From Chthoniobacteraceae bacterium (GTDB lineage: Bacteria > Verrucomicrobiota > Verrucomicrobiia > Chthoniobacterales > Chthoniobacteraceae): 64,000 bases of DNA. The notes under the pieces are model-generated. The model had not been told where the DNA came from, did no database searches, and saw nothing but the letters and a program-made list of their open reading frames with translations. The stretch is taken from assembly GCA_031409655.1 (NCBI GenBank), contig JANNXQ010000078.1:44525-108524 (forward strand), given 5' to 3'. Positions 29,345 to 38,628 of the stretch are shown one piece after another. Position 1 is the first letter of the stretch, and the number at the start of each line of letters is the position of its first letter. A program made the translations under genes and the position numbers.

Positions 29345-30907
29345 TCATAGTGTTCCGGGCGACAGCGCGGCAGCGGTCTCGTAGAGCTTGCGAATTTGTG
29401 CGGGAGTAAGCGCGCGATGGAAGATGGCCAGCTCATCAATGCGGCCATCCCAGAACCCAGCCGTGTTGGTTTCCGGTTGCCGTTCGGTTGCGTCGAGTTT
29501 TACACCGATGCCGAGCGCCGACGGACCCACCGTGCTCAAGCCATCACAGGGCGCGGCAGCGACCTCCACGCCGTTCCGATACAAACGCAGGGTGGCCCCA
29601 TCAAGCGTGAACGCGACGAATTGCCACTCCGCCAGCGGCAAAGGTTGCTGCTCGCGCACGCCGACTTCATTGCCGCTGCGGTCATGAACATGCACCTCCA
29701 GGCTGCCTTCATAGTCCCACAGGCCGAAATGAAACTGGCCGCCGAGATTGTTCCCGCCGCTCTTTGCCCAGTTTTTCGCAATGCTCGCCCAGTGTGGCCG
29801 GCTCTCGGCAAGCACCCACGCGCAAACGGAGAGCGAGGCCTCGGTCGCCTTCGAAAAATCCGCCAGCGCATAAGTGCCAGCATCGACGCCATTGAGATGC
29901 AGGGCGGAGCCGACTTTCCCTGCCGCCCACGGATGGCCCACGCGGCCCCGGATGACTTGGCCGTCGTGATGACCGGAGGCCACGTCTTTGAGCGTCGTGC
30001 CGTCGGGCATCATCCGCATGCGGTAGTAGGCGACCGGCTGGAAGGCGCGGATCTGGCGGGCGTATCGGTTCGCCGTCTCCTGCAAGGTGCGGACGAAATC
30101 CTCGGGCGCAACGTCAATGCCTGCGGACGTGTGGGTCGCGGTATCGATCCGCGCCGCCTGACGCTCGATTAGCCGCTGAGGTTCGGCGGTGCTCCCGGTT
30201 TTCAGGAGCACCTCGCCTTTGAAGACATGCACCTCGCTGCTCCCGGCACCGGCATTGACGCCAAACTCGGTGCCGAGGTCGACCACGTTGGCCGACGGTG
30301 TTTCCACCGTGAATCCAACTGCCGCCTCCGGAACGCGCGCGCTGAGCTTGCCCGTGTGCAGGCCGATCGCCGAGGTGCCCCGCAATTCAAACTGCGCCGG
30401 TGATTCGATGATCACCACGGCACCGCTGGCATAGGTAAATTCGACCAGCCCGGCGCGCAGTTCATAGCCACCCGTGCGCAGCGTCGCTCCTGCCTGAACG
30501 GTCATATCCCTCCCGCCGGCCGACAGCTCAGCGCCGCTGCTCCCAGACACGGACGCGACCACATCACCCATCGGCATCGTGCGCGGCAGGAACGCCCACG
30601 TTAGTACCGCCAGCAAGACCACGGTCGCGGCCAGCGCGAGCCACGGAGTTGCGCGGCTCCCCATCGGACGAACGATCTGCGGACTCGCAGACGGCACGTC
30701 GGAGGCCGGTGCCCAGGCCTGCTCCAGCGCTGGATCGCGCTCGGCGCGCTGGCGCAGTTCCGCATCGAGGTGGAGGTAGCTGCGGAAATGGGCGCGCGCT
30801 TCGGCGGAAGAACGGAGTTGCTGCTCCAGCGCCGCAAAGTCCTCGGCGCTGATCACGCCATTGCAGTAGTCGGCCTGCCACTGCGCGAGTTGGGCATCGT
30901 CCTTCAC
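29345..30907 (-). CDS. FecR-domain anti-sigma factor with C-terminal LamG domain
   Basis: Transmembrane helix; VVDLGTEFGV...VHVFKGEV; FWDGRIDELAIFHRALT; GTGA overlap with the sigma gene. Confidence 0.9.
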   Translation of the reverse strand: MKDDAQLAQWQADYCNGVISAEDFAALEQQLRSSAEARAHFRSYLHLDAELRQRAERDPALEQAWAPASDVPSASPQIVRPMGSRATPWLALAATVVLLAVLTWAFLPRTMPMGDVVASVSGSSGAELSAGGRDMTVQAGATLRTGGYELRAGLVEFTYASGAVVIIESPAQFELRGTSAIGLHTGKLSARVPEAAVGFTVETPSANVVDLGTEFGVNAGAGSSEVHVFKGEVLLKTGSTAEPQRLIERQAARIDTATHTSAGIDVAPEDFVRTLQETANRYARQIRAFQPVAYYRMRMMPDGTTLKDVASGHHDGQVIRGRVGHPWAAGKVGSALHLNGVDAGTYALADFSKATEASLSVCAWVLAESRPHWASIAKNWAKSGGNNLGGQFHFGLWDYEGSLEVHVHDRSGNEVGVREQQPLPLAEWQFVAFTLDGATLRLYRNGVEVAAAPCDGLSTVGPSALGIGVKLDATERQPETNTAGFWDGRIDELAIFHRALTPAQIRKLYETAAALSPGTL

Positions 30908-31437
30908 GCGCACTCCTCCCGACGCAAAGTGTCTTCGACGCACGCGAGCAGTTCAGCGCGCAGACGATTGAGCAGCGTGTAAAGCGCTCCCGGTTGTTTG
31001 CCCAAGCGCTCCGCGAGATCCTTCGTCTTCACGCCCGCCGTGCAACTTTGCAGCAGCAACTCGCGGCGGGCGGGCGGCAGCTTTTCAAGGCAACCTTCCA
31101 ACGCCCGCGATTGTGCCACGCGCACGTCGAGCTCCGCCACGCCTTCCTCCGCAAGCTGCTGGATCAATTCCTCACCAAAAACCAACCGCTCCCGCGCCAT
31201 GCTGCGGCGGTAATGCAGCGCCTCAAAGCGCGCGATGACACAGGCCCACGGGAGAAATTCCGTGGCGGGATCGAACTGCGCGAACTTCCGCCAGATCACC
31301 AGTCCGACCTGCTGCATCACCTCATCCACATCCGACCAGCCCGGCAGCATCGACCGCACGAAACTTCGCAGCCGCGCCTCGTGGCGCGTGAAAAGCGTCA
31401 CGAACGAAGTGTAGGCGGTATTGTCACTGGGTGGCAT
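30904..31437 (-). CDS. ECF RNA polymerase sigma-70 factor
   Basis: Region 2 DVDEVMQQV...WRKFAQFD...FLPWA; region 4 HTH LAERLGKQPGALYTLLNRLR. Confidence 0.93.
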   Translation of the reverse strand: MPPSDNTAYTSFVTLFTRHEARLRSFVRSMLPGWSDVDEVMQQVGLVIWRKFAQFDPATEFLPWACVIARFEALHYRRSMARERLVFGEELIQQLAEEGVAELDVRVAQSRALEGCLEKLPPARRELLLQSCTAGVKTKDLAERLGKQPGALYTLLNRLRAELLACVEDTLRREECA

Positions 31438-31533
31438 TCACTCTCTATACTCCCGCTGCCCGCAAAACCTTACACGCTTGCAGCGCACACGCTGGAGCTT
31501 CGCCACATTCGGTGTCGCTTTCTTCTTCTTTGG

Positions 31534-31788
31534 TCACATCGGCACCATGCCGAGACCTGGCTGGAGAAAATGGGCGCCTACGAGACCTGCGACCTCATCG
31601 ACCGTGGCCTCCAGCGTTGCAGCCCGAAAGGCTTCGCGAGCGGTATGAAAGGGACTCACGCACGACGTGATGTTCGTCATACCGCTACTCTGGAGCGCGC
31701 GGAAAGGCGCCTTCGCCCGCTCCTCATCGGCGACGAGCGGCGCACTGGCCGCCGCAGCGATGCCTTGGAGGAAACGGTGCCGGTTCAT
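31534..31788 (-). pseudogene. Truncated remnant of a Tat-exported protein, possibly a glycoside hydrolase
   Basis: Degenerate Tat signal MNRHRFLQ; TNITSCVSPFH...HFLQPGLGMVPM then TGA; no room for a full gene before the sigma factor. Confidence 0.55.
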
Positions 31789-31802
31789 CACGTTTCGATG
31801 GC

Positions 31803-33266
31803 TCAAGGCAATGCAGCTTTCCATCCCGCCTTCAACTGCTCGGCCAGCTCTTGCACCGTCTCCGCGTGCGCGGCCTCTCCAGCGAGGTTCAGGTTTTCCT
31901 GCGGGTCGTTGGTTTCATCATACAGCTCGGTGCCCGCGAGTTGTTGCTTCGGATCCCGCCACTCGGTGTAGCGCCAGCGATCCGTGCGGATGCTGCGGCC
32001 CAGGTAGGGCGGTTTGCCAGGACGCAGGTATTGGCTGAAGGCAGCCTTCTTCCACGGCTGATTCGGATTCGCGAGCAAGGGTGCAAAGCTCGTGCCTTCC
32101 AAATGGGTGGGCGGCTGCAGGCCAGCGAGTTCGACAAGAGTCGGATAGATGTCCACAAACTCCACGAGCGCGCGCGTGCTTTGCCCGGCAGTCTTCATCC
32201 CGGGTGCGCTGACAAGGAGCGGCGCGTGCGTGCCGAGTTCAAAGTTCGTCATCTTCGTAAAGATGCCGTTCTCACCGAGGTGATAGCCGTGGTCGCCCAA
32301 GAGCACGACGACGGTGCTCTCACGCAGACCGAGCCGGTCGAGTTCAGCGAGCACGCGACCCACTTGCACATCCATGAAGCTGATGCACGCGCGATAGCCA
32401 CGGATGAGATCCAGCGCTGTCTCGTCGGGGATGCCACCTTTCGCCGGAATGCCGCCGTAAGTGCGCAGTTCATACCAATCGTGCAAAGCGGGCGCGGGCA
32501 CATTCTTCGGTGGGTAGTAGTTATCCGGGAGCTTGATGGTATCTGCCGGATAGAGATCCCAATACTTCTGCGGACAAGTGAATGGCAGGTGTGGCTTCAC
32601 AAAGCCTACGGCGAGGAAGAAGGGCTTCTCGGCGTTCTTGAGTCGTTGCAGTGTCTCGATGGCCTTCAGTGCGGTCTGGCCATCTGGATAGACGTCATCC
32701 GGTTCATTCGCCGCTTCAAAGGGTGGGCCGCGGACGATTTTTGGCCGCTCCTTTTCCGGCAGCGCCTTCAAGCGTTTGATCAACCCATCCGACTCCTCCG
32801 TGAACCAACTCCGATACCGCTCGCCGTGATACCACGCCGGCTCGCTCCACGATAGCGGGTCGTCGCCCGGCTCCTTCTCGCTGTGATGAAACACCTTGCC
32901 GAGCGAGACACTGTGCCAGCCGTTGTTCTTGAAGTGCTGGGGCAGCGTGACCACCTCCGGCATCATCGGGCGGAGGAAGGTGTTATTCGCCGCGACCCGC
33001 GTCGTGTCTGGCCGGCAGCCGCTGAGCAAGCTGGCGCGTGAAGGATTGCAGACCGCCTGCTGACAGTTAGCCCGCTCAAAAAGCATCCCGCGCTCAGCGA
33101 GCTGGTCGATGTGCGGCGTCTTCATGTGCGCCGCGCTGTAGCAACCCAGCTCAGGGCGCAGGTCATCGGCCACGATGAAAAGGACATTCAGTGGCTTCGC
33201 CGCGAACGACGATTGCCGAAGCACGAATAACAAAAGGGCGAGCAGGAGCCGGTGCAGGGGAGTCAT
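31803..33266 (-). CDS. Sulfatase (iduronate-2-sulfatase-like), secreted
   Basis: ADDLRPELG; CNPSRAS; GFVKPHLPF; GDHGYHLGE. Confidence 0.94.
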   Translation of the reverse strand: MTPLHRLLLALLLFVLRQSSFAAKPLNVLFIVADDLRPELGCYSAAHMKTPHIDQLAERGMLFERANCQQAVCNPSRASLLSGCRPDTTRVAANNTFLRPMMPEVVTLPQHFKNNGWHSVSLGKVFHHSEKEPGDDPLSWSEPAWYHGERYRSWFTEESDGLIKRLKALPEKERPKIVRGPPFEAANEPDDVYPDGQTALKAIETLQRLKNAEKPFFLAVGFVKPHLPFTCPQKYWDLYPADTIKLPDNYYPPKNVPAPALHDWYELRTYGGIPAKGGIPDETALDLIRGYRACISFMDVQVGRVLAELDRLGLRESTVVVLLGDHGYHLGENGIFTKMTNFELGTHAPLLVSAPGMKTAGQSTRALVEFVDIYPTLVELAGLQPPTHLEGTSFAPLLANPNQPWKKAAFSQYLRPGKPPYLGRSIRTDRWRYTEWRDPKQQLAGTELYDETNDPQENLNLAGEAAHAETVQELAEQLKAGWKAALP

Positions 33267-34759
33267 TGGTTATTCTTTTTGGCCTCGGCCTCACGCAGAC
33301 GCTGGACTTTCGGTTTTTGGCCGGCGGCGAGATTCACCTGAGTGGAACGCAAGTGCGTGAGCAGCTTTCCACGCATCTCGCTGAGCGTCTCCCGATGCTC
33401 GGGCTTCCCAGCGAGGTCGTTCATTTCCAGCGGATCGTTATCGAGGTCGAACAGGAATTCGCGCCTCTCGTCGGCCCAGTATTTGAAGCGATCATCGCGG
33501 GCCATGACGCGCAGCGGTGCCTCGTCGCCGATTTCGCTGATGGCGATGGGCCGGATGCGGTCCTTTGCACCGGTGGCGATGGGAAGCAGCGATTTTGCAA
33601 AGCGCCCCGCCGTAAGTTCGCCGTCCACGGCTTCGACGATGGTGGGATACACATCCATCATCTGCACGGGCGCCTTGCTGCGACCGGCTTTGACATGCCC
33701 GGGCCAGCGGACGAAGAGCGGCACGCGCACGGATTCCTCATAGAAGCGGCCTTTGCTCAGGTAGCTGTGCGCGCCCATCATTTCGCCGTGGTCGGAGGTA
33801 AAAATGACCAGCGTGTTGTCCCACGTGCCACGCACTTTCATCGCCTCCGCCAGCCGACCGACGCAGTCATCCACCAGGGCCATCTTGCCCAGATAACTGG
33901 CCAGTATGCGCCGCGTCCCGGCGCGATCGAGCGGCTGGTCCTCACGGGAGTATTTCTCCGGGACATTCGCAGGCAGCGTGAGTTTCCCGGGATCGAACAT
34001 CGTCGCATAATCGCCCGGGGCATCCAGCGGCGGATGCGGCGAGTGCAGACTTACGACGAGGCACAGCGGCTTGTCCTTCCGCTGGGCGCGGATGAAATCA
34101 ACCGCGAGGCCGGTGGTGAAAACATCGTGATACGCCTCCGGTTTCACCACGCTCGCGCGCGGCTCATACTGGTCCCGCAAATAGCGTCCGCGCAGATCAT
34201 CGGCCACGGCTTGCAGCAGGCCGAGCTTTTGCAGGTGCTGCGAGTAGGCATCGCGGCCTTTCGTGGAATCCGGCGGTCCGGCAATGTCCTCCACATGATC
34301 GAGACCGAGCGCCTTGAAATACGCGCCACTGTTCTTGAAGTGCTCATGCCGCCCCGGCCCGCTGGTCCAGTGAGTCTTGCCGATCTGCGCCGTGGTCAGC
34401 CCGGCCCGCTGGATGTCGCGAAACATCGGCGCATTCTCCGGCGCGGGAAAATAGGCGGCCCCATTGCCCCAGAGAGCGTGCCCACCATTGTGCGGATACA
34501 AGCCCGTGAGCAATGACACCCGCGCTGGCATGCACACCGGCGAGGTGGTGTAGCACGCGTCGAAAATCATCCCTTCATGGGCGAGGCGGTCGAGATGCGG
34601 CGTGCGCACCTCCTTGTTATCCCAGCTTACGTAGCGAGGGCTCCACTGGTCGGCGATGATGACGAGCACGTCCGGCTGCTTCGCAGGCGCATCGGCGGCG
34701 CGCAGCGTGGACAGCGGACTCAGGATCAGGGCGGAGAGGAGAAGGAGCGTGCGCAGCAT
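33263..34759 (-). CDS. Sulfatase, secreted
   Basis: IADQW; CMPARVS; SPHPP; TSDHGEMMG. Confidence 0.92.
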   Translation of the reverse strand: MLRTLLLLSALILSPLSTLRAADAPAKQPDVLVIIADQWSPRYVSWDNKEVRTPHLDRLAHEGMIFDACYTTSPVCMPARVSLLTGLYPHNGGHALWGNGAAYFPAPENAPMFRDIQRAGLTTAQIGKTHWTSGPGRHEHFKNSGAYFKALGLDHVEDIAGPPDSTKGRDAYSQHLQKLGLLQAVADDLRGRYLRDQYEPRASVVKPEAYHDVFTTGLAVDFIRAQRKDKPLCLVVSLHSPHPPLDAPGDYATMFDPGKLTLPANVPEKYSREDQPLDRAGTRRILASYLGKMALVDDCVGRLAEAMKVRGTWDNTLVIFTSDHGEMMGAHSYLSKGRFYEESVRVPLFVRWPGHVKAGRSKAPVQMMDVYPTIVEAVDGELTAGRFAKSLLPIATGAKDRIRPIAISEIGDEAPLRVMARDDRFKYWADERREFLFDLDNDPLEMNDLAGKPEHRETLSEMRGKLLTHLRSTQVNLAAGQKPKVQRLREAEAKKNNQ

Positions 34760-34834
34760 GGTGAATTATTTGTGAGTTCCGTTTTCTGATTCGTGCGCTC
34801 GACTTTCACACGGCGGCATCACCTCGCAGCGCTG

Positions 34835-35752
34835 TTACTTCCAGGCAGGCGATGCTTTCGCCTTCTTCGGCCACGCTTGCGGCTCAATGGAGAGAGGAGC
34901 GAAGGTGCTCAGGTCCGGCGTTGCAGTCTTCACGCCTTCCGCGGGCACCTCGAGTTTTGCGGTCCAGACGATGCCATTGAGGATGGAGCGGCGGAGGTCT
35001 TCGAGCACCCAGTTCTTGTAAAAGTGCGGCATCACCACGGCGAAGCCGCGGCCGGAGTCGGCGCGCTCCACGCACCACGAGACCGCCTCCGGCTTCGGCG
35101 CGCCGGGCGGCAGCATGGAGGTGGCGAGCACGGTGACATTGGCCGCCGGCTTGTTCCCGTCCGGGCCGAAGTAGTTATTCGTGTAGGGCTCGTCGTTCAG
35201 CGTGAACTCCCGGCAGCCGCGCCACACCGGGTGCTGCGGCGCGGCGGGCGTGATGGTGGCCTCGGGGAAAATCTTCGCGAAGGACTCGTGATGGTTACAC
35301 GAGCGGTTGGCAAAGTAACCACCCATCCAGCGCAACAGCGGATGATCGCCATCGGGCTGCACATCTTCCCCCAACAAACCCGTGGCGTAATGCACGCAGA
35401 CGATGCCGCAGCCGCGCTGCATCATGGCGTCGAGATCGGCGAGGTTTTGCGCGGCATTGGGCAGCCGACTGGCGGGAAAGGTGTCGCCGATGAAGACGAT
35501 GCTCGCGGCCGCATCGCGCAACTCTTTCGCTGGCCATTCATAGACCACGTCCGCCTTCACGTCGGGCAAGTTGGTCATGTGCTCGAGGCAGTGTTTCATC
35601 AACCGCCCACCCGCCGCCACCTCGTGCGTGCCGGGCGGATGATTGGTCGGGCCGACGACGATGAGGATGCGCGCCGGCTCGGCGGCCCGTGACGAACCGC
35701 CGATGAGGGACAGCGAGAGCAGTAGTACAGTAAGATTGCGAAGTCGTTTCAT
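34835..35752 (-). CDS. ThuA-like domain protein, secreted
   Basis: Signal peptide; HPPGTHE; GIVCVHYA; LNDEPY; NGIVWTAK. Confidence 0.85.
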   Translation of the reverse strand: MKRLRNLTVLLLSLSLIGGSSRAAEPARILIVVGPTNHPPGTHEVAAGGRLMKHCLEHMTNLPDVKADVVYEWPAKELRDAAASIVFIGDTFPASRLPNAAQNLADLDAMMQRGCGIVCVHYATGLLGEDVQPDGDHPLLRWMGGYFANRSCNHHESFAKIFPEATITPAAPQHPVWRGCREFTLNDEPYTNNYFGPDGNKPAANVTVLATSMLPPGAPKPEAVSWCVERADSGRGFAVVMPHFYKNWVLEDLRRSILNGIVWTAKLEVPAEGVKTATPDLSTFAPLSIEPQAWPKKAKASPAWK

Positions 35753-35961
35753 GGCTCGGTCGGGCAAGATGTTCGGTGGGGCTCGGGGGAAGCGGATGAT
35801 GACGGATTTTTCCTGAGTGAACAGGTCGCGGAACGAAGTCCTTACTGCGAGAGATACTGCCGCGCATCAAGTTTGGTGAAATGAGGCTGCGTCCTTTGGC
35901 GTTTGGCGGTTAACCCCGCGCAGGGGCCTCGCGATTCTCCAAACTTAATCCGGCGATGGGC

Positions 35962-36113
35962 TTTAAAACGCAGAGACGCAGAGATCGCAGAGATCGCAGA
36001 GGAAGGGAACAAAGGCGCTTCCCAAGACGCTCACCCATCGGTTGAACCCATCCGCCGCCTCGACTCCGCTCTCACTCTGCGTCCTCTGCGTCTTTGCGTC
36101 TCTGCGTTAAAAA
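35962..36113. repeat. Inverted array of 8-9-nt CGCAGAGA(T) units
   Basis: aacgcagagacgcagagatcgcagagatcgcagag ... ctctgcgtcctctgcgtctttgcgtctctgcgttaaaa. Confidence 0.9.
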
Positions 36114-36215
36114 TCCCAATCCCGCTTTCAGGCTTATTGCACACCAAGACCTTACCAGAACCAGCGCCGCTCTTCCATTTTGGGCTGTGAGATAGGCGGC
36201 GCGGGCCAAAGCTGC

Positions 36216-37979
36216 CTACCGCCGCTTCGCCGCCAGGACGGCCTCGATTTTCCCGAGGGGCAGCGTGTTCACCACGTCATGGCGCGTGAGCCAGCCTTTG
36301 CGGGCGGAGCCGATGCCGTTCCACAGATGCTGCAAGCCGCCAGTGCTGTGCGCGTCCGGATTGATCGCACACTTCACTCCCTTCTCCTTGGCCAGTGGCC
36401 ACCAGCGCCATTCCAGATCGAGGCGCCAGGGGCTGGCGTTCAGCTCGATGATCGTGCCGGTCTCGGCCGCCGCCTCGAGCACGGCGGGCACGTCCACGGC
36501 GTAGGCGTCACGCTCCAGGAGCAGGCGCCCGGTGAGGTGACCGAGCATGGTCACGTGGGGGTTCGAGATCGCCTTGATGATCCGTTTCGTCATATCGGCT
36601 TCAGACAGATTGAAGACGCTGTGTACGGACGCCACCACGTAGTCGAGTTGCGCCAGCACCTCGTCGGCAAAGTCGAGCGTGCCGTCTTTGTGAATGTCGC
36701 ACTCGGTCCCGCTGAAGAGGCGGAAGTGTCCGTTGTACGTTTCATTCAGCGCGCGAATCTCGGCGACCTGGGCGAGGAGCCGCGCTTCGTCCAGTCCGTG
36801 CGCCTGGAAGGAGGCCTTCGAGTGATCCGCGATCCCGAGATATTCGAGACCCAACTCCCGCGCCGCGTCGGCCATCTCCGTGAGCGAGCTGCGTCCATCG
36901 CTCGCCGTGGTGTGATTGTGAAAAGTGCCGCGCAAGTTTTCCAAGACGATGAGGTCGGGCAGCGTGTGCTCCTCCGCGGCTTTGAATTCCCCGCGATCCT
37001 CCCGCAACTCCGGCTCCACGTAATCCAGCCCCAGCGCGCGATACAGCTCCGCCTCCTCGCGGATCGTGGGCGGCTCTTCAGGCGAGCTTCGGATTTCGGA
37101 TTTCGGATTTTCGAGCGGAGCGAGGCGGTATTCATTCAGCGTCCAGCCGCGCGCCAGCGCCCGCTGCCGCATGATGATGTTGTGCTCCTTCGAGCCCGTG
37201 AAGTAGTTCAGCGCAAAGGGGAACTCCGCGTCCTTCACCACCCGGAGATCAGCCTGGATGCCTGTTTTCCAGCGCACGCTCGATTTGGTGGCGCCGTGCA
37301 CCAGCACGCTTTCGACCATCTCGTGCTGCACAAAATACTCCGAGACCGCCGCCGGTTCGCGCGTCGAGACGAGGAAGTCGAGATCGCCCACGGTCTCCTT
37401 CCGCCGCCGGTAGCTGCCGCACACATTGACCCGCGTGACGTCGGGCAGGGAGCGGAGATCGTCGATCATCTTCTCCGCCGCCGCCGCCACATCGCCGAGC
37501 CGGAAACGCCCCGCGTATTTCGCCTTCGCTTCGATGGCCGCAAGAATGTTCGCCGCCGTCTTTTTGCCGAAGCCCGGAAGCTCGGAGATGCGCCCGTCGT
37601 CGCACGCCGCCTTGAGTTCCGCGACGGACGTCACGCCGAGTTTGTCCCAGACCGCTTTGATCTTTTTCGGCCCGAGTCCCTGCACGTCGAAGAGCTCGAA
37701 AATCCCCGGTGGAAACTCGCTCTTCAGCTCATCGAAATACGGCAGACGCCCCGTGGTCGCGAGGATCGCCACCTTCCCCGCGATGCTCGACCCGATGCCC
37801 GGCACCGCATCCAGCCGATCCTCCGCCGCCGCGGCCGCGAGGTCGCCCTCGTAAGTTTCCACCGCTCGCGCGGCGTTCTGGTAGGCGCGGACTTTGAAGG
37901 GATTTTCGCCCTTCAGTTCGAGCATCTGCGCGATGCTTTCCAGCGTGTCGGCGATGGCGTCCTTGGTGATCTGCGGCAT
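36216..37979 (-). CDS. polX: DNA polymerase X / PHP 3'-5' exonuclease
   Basis: GENPFKVRAY; GSYRRRKETVGDLD; YFTGSKEHN; PHP motifs HNHTTASDG and INPDAH. Confidence 0.95.
   Translation of the reverse strand: MPQITKDAIADTLESIAQMLELKGENPFKVRAYQNAARAVETYEGDLAAAAAEDRLDAVPGIGSSIAGKVAILATTGRLPYFDELKSEFPPGIFELFDVQGLGPKKIKAVWDKLGVTSVAELKAACDDGRISELPGFGKKTAANILAAIEAKAKYAGRFRLGDVAAAAEKMIDDLRSLPDVTRVNVCGSYRRRKETVGDLDFLVSTREPAAVSEYFVQHEMVESVLVHGATKSSVRWKTGIQADLRVVKDAEFPFALNYFTGSKEHNIIMRQRALARGWTLNEYRLAPLENPKSEIRSSPEEPPTIREEAELYRALGLDYVEPELREDRGEFKAAEEHTLPDLIVLENLRGTFHNHTTASDGRSSLTEMADAARELGLEYLGIADHSKASFQAHGLDEARLLAQVAEIRALNETYNGHFRLFSGTECDIHKDGTLDFADEVLAQLDYVVASVHSVFNLSEADMTKRIIKAISNPHVTMLGHLTGRLLLERDAYAVDVPAVLEAAAETGTIIELNASPWRLDLEWRWWPLAKEKGVKCAINPDAHSTGGLQHLWNGIGSARKGWLTRHDVVNTLPLGKIEAVLAAKRR
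37084..37111. repeat. Heptamer tandem (GGATTTC-like) inside polX
   Basis: gagcttc ggatttc ggatttc ggatttt; encodes ENPKSEIRSS on the minus strand. Confidence 0.65.
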
Positions 37980-38091
37980 GGCTGGAGAAGGTGCCAAGAG
38001 AAGGCGCGAGTGCCAAGAGGGGCTTTTCCCCACGAGCCAAAGGCGTCACGGAAAATCTCCGCCGGCTTGCGACGCAAGTTCTAAGAATTCT

Positions 38092-38110
38092 ATTGCGACA
38101 GAATCTCAAT
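38092..38110 (+). promoter_or_regulatory. Fur-family-like operator upstream of feo
   Basis: Imperfect 19-bp AT-rich palindrome ATTGCGACAGAATCTCAAT, 27 nt before the feoA start. Confidence 0.6.
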
Positions 38111-38137
38111 TCCTGATACCTTCACCCCGTTTCCAAG

Positions 38138-38386
38138 ATGTCTAACTCCCGGACCAAGAAGCCTCTGACTCTCGCCCGCGCCAAATGCGGGGAGCGGCTC
38201 CGCGTGGTCCACATCTGCCCGGATTGCAAAGAGTGCCTCCGTCTGCGCGAACTCGGCTTTTATGACTCCGCCGAGGTGCGCAAGATCTCCGATGGCGCGG
38301 CGATCATCTGCTCCCTGATGGGGCTGCGCGTGGCCATCGGGCGCGATCTCGGCGAGCACGTTCACGTCGAGCAGATCGCGGCATGA
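38138..38386 (+). CDS. feoA: Ferrous iron transport protein A (first copy)
   Basis: RLRELGF...RVAIGRDL FeoA pattern; first gene of the feo operon. Confidence 0.85.
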   Translation: MSNSRTKKPLTLARAKCGERLRVVHICPDCKECLRLRELGFYDSAEVRKISDGAAIICSLMGLRVAIGRDLGEHVHVEQIAA

Positions 38387-38625
38387 CGCCCGAGCCCGCC
38401 GAGACCCTCGGCACGCTCGCCATCGGAGGGCGGGGGCGCGTCACCGGTTTTGCGCTGCCGCCCGAGCATCGGCAGCGGCTGCTCGAGATGGGCCTCACCG
38501 TAGGCGCCGAGTTTGAGGTCATCCGTTTTGCCCCGCTCGGCGATCCCATGGAAATCAAGGTGCGCGGCTACCACCTTTCACTCCGCAAAAACGAGGCGGC
38601 CGGCATCCTCATCGCGCGGCTCTAG
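38383..38625 (+). CDS. feoA: Ferrous iron transport protein A (second copy)
   Basis: RLLEMGLTVG...RFAPLGDPMEIKVRGYHLSLRKNEA. Confidence 0.95.
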   Translation: MTPEPAETLGTLAIGGRGRVTGFALPPEHRQRLLEMGLTVGAEFEVIRFAPLGDPMEIKVRGYHLSLRKNEAAGILIARL

Positions 38626-38628
38626 GCC

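Noticed and set aside
35962..36113. Possible CRISPR array
   Set aside because: Units are 8-9 nt, tandem and inverted, with no unique spacers and no cas genes.
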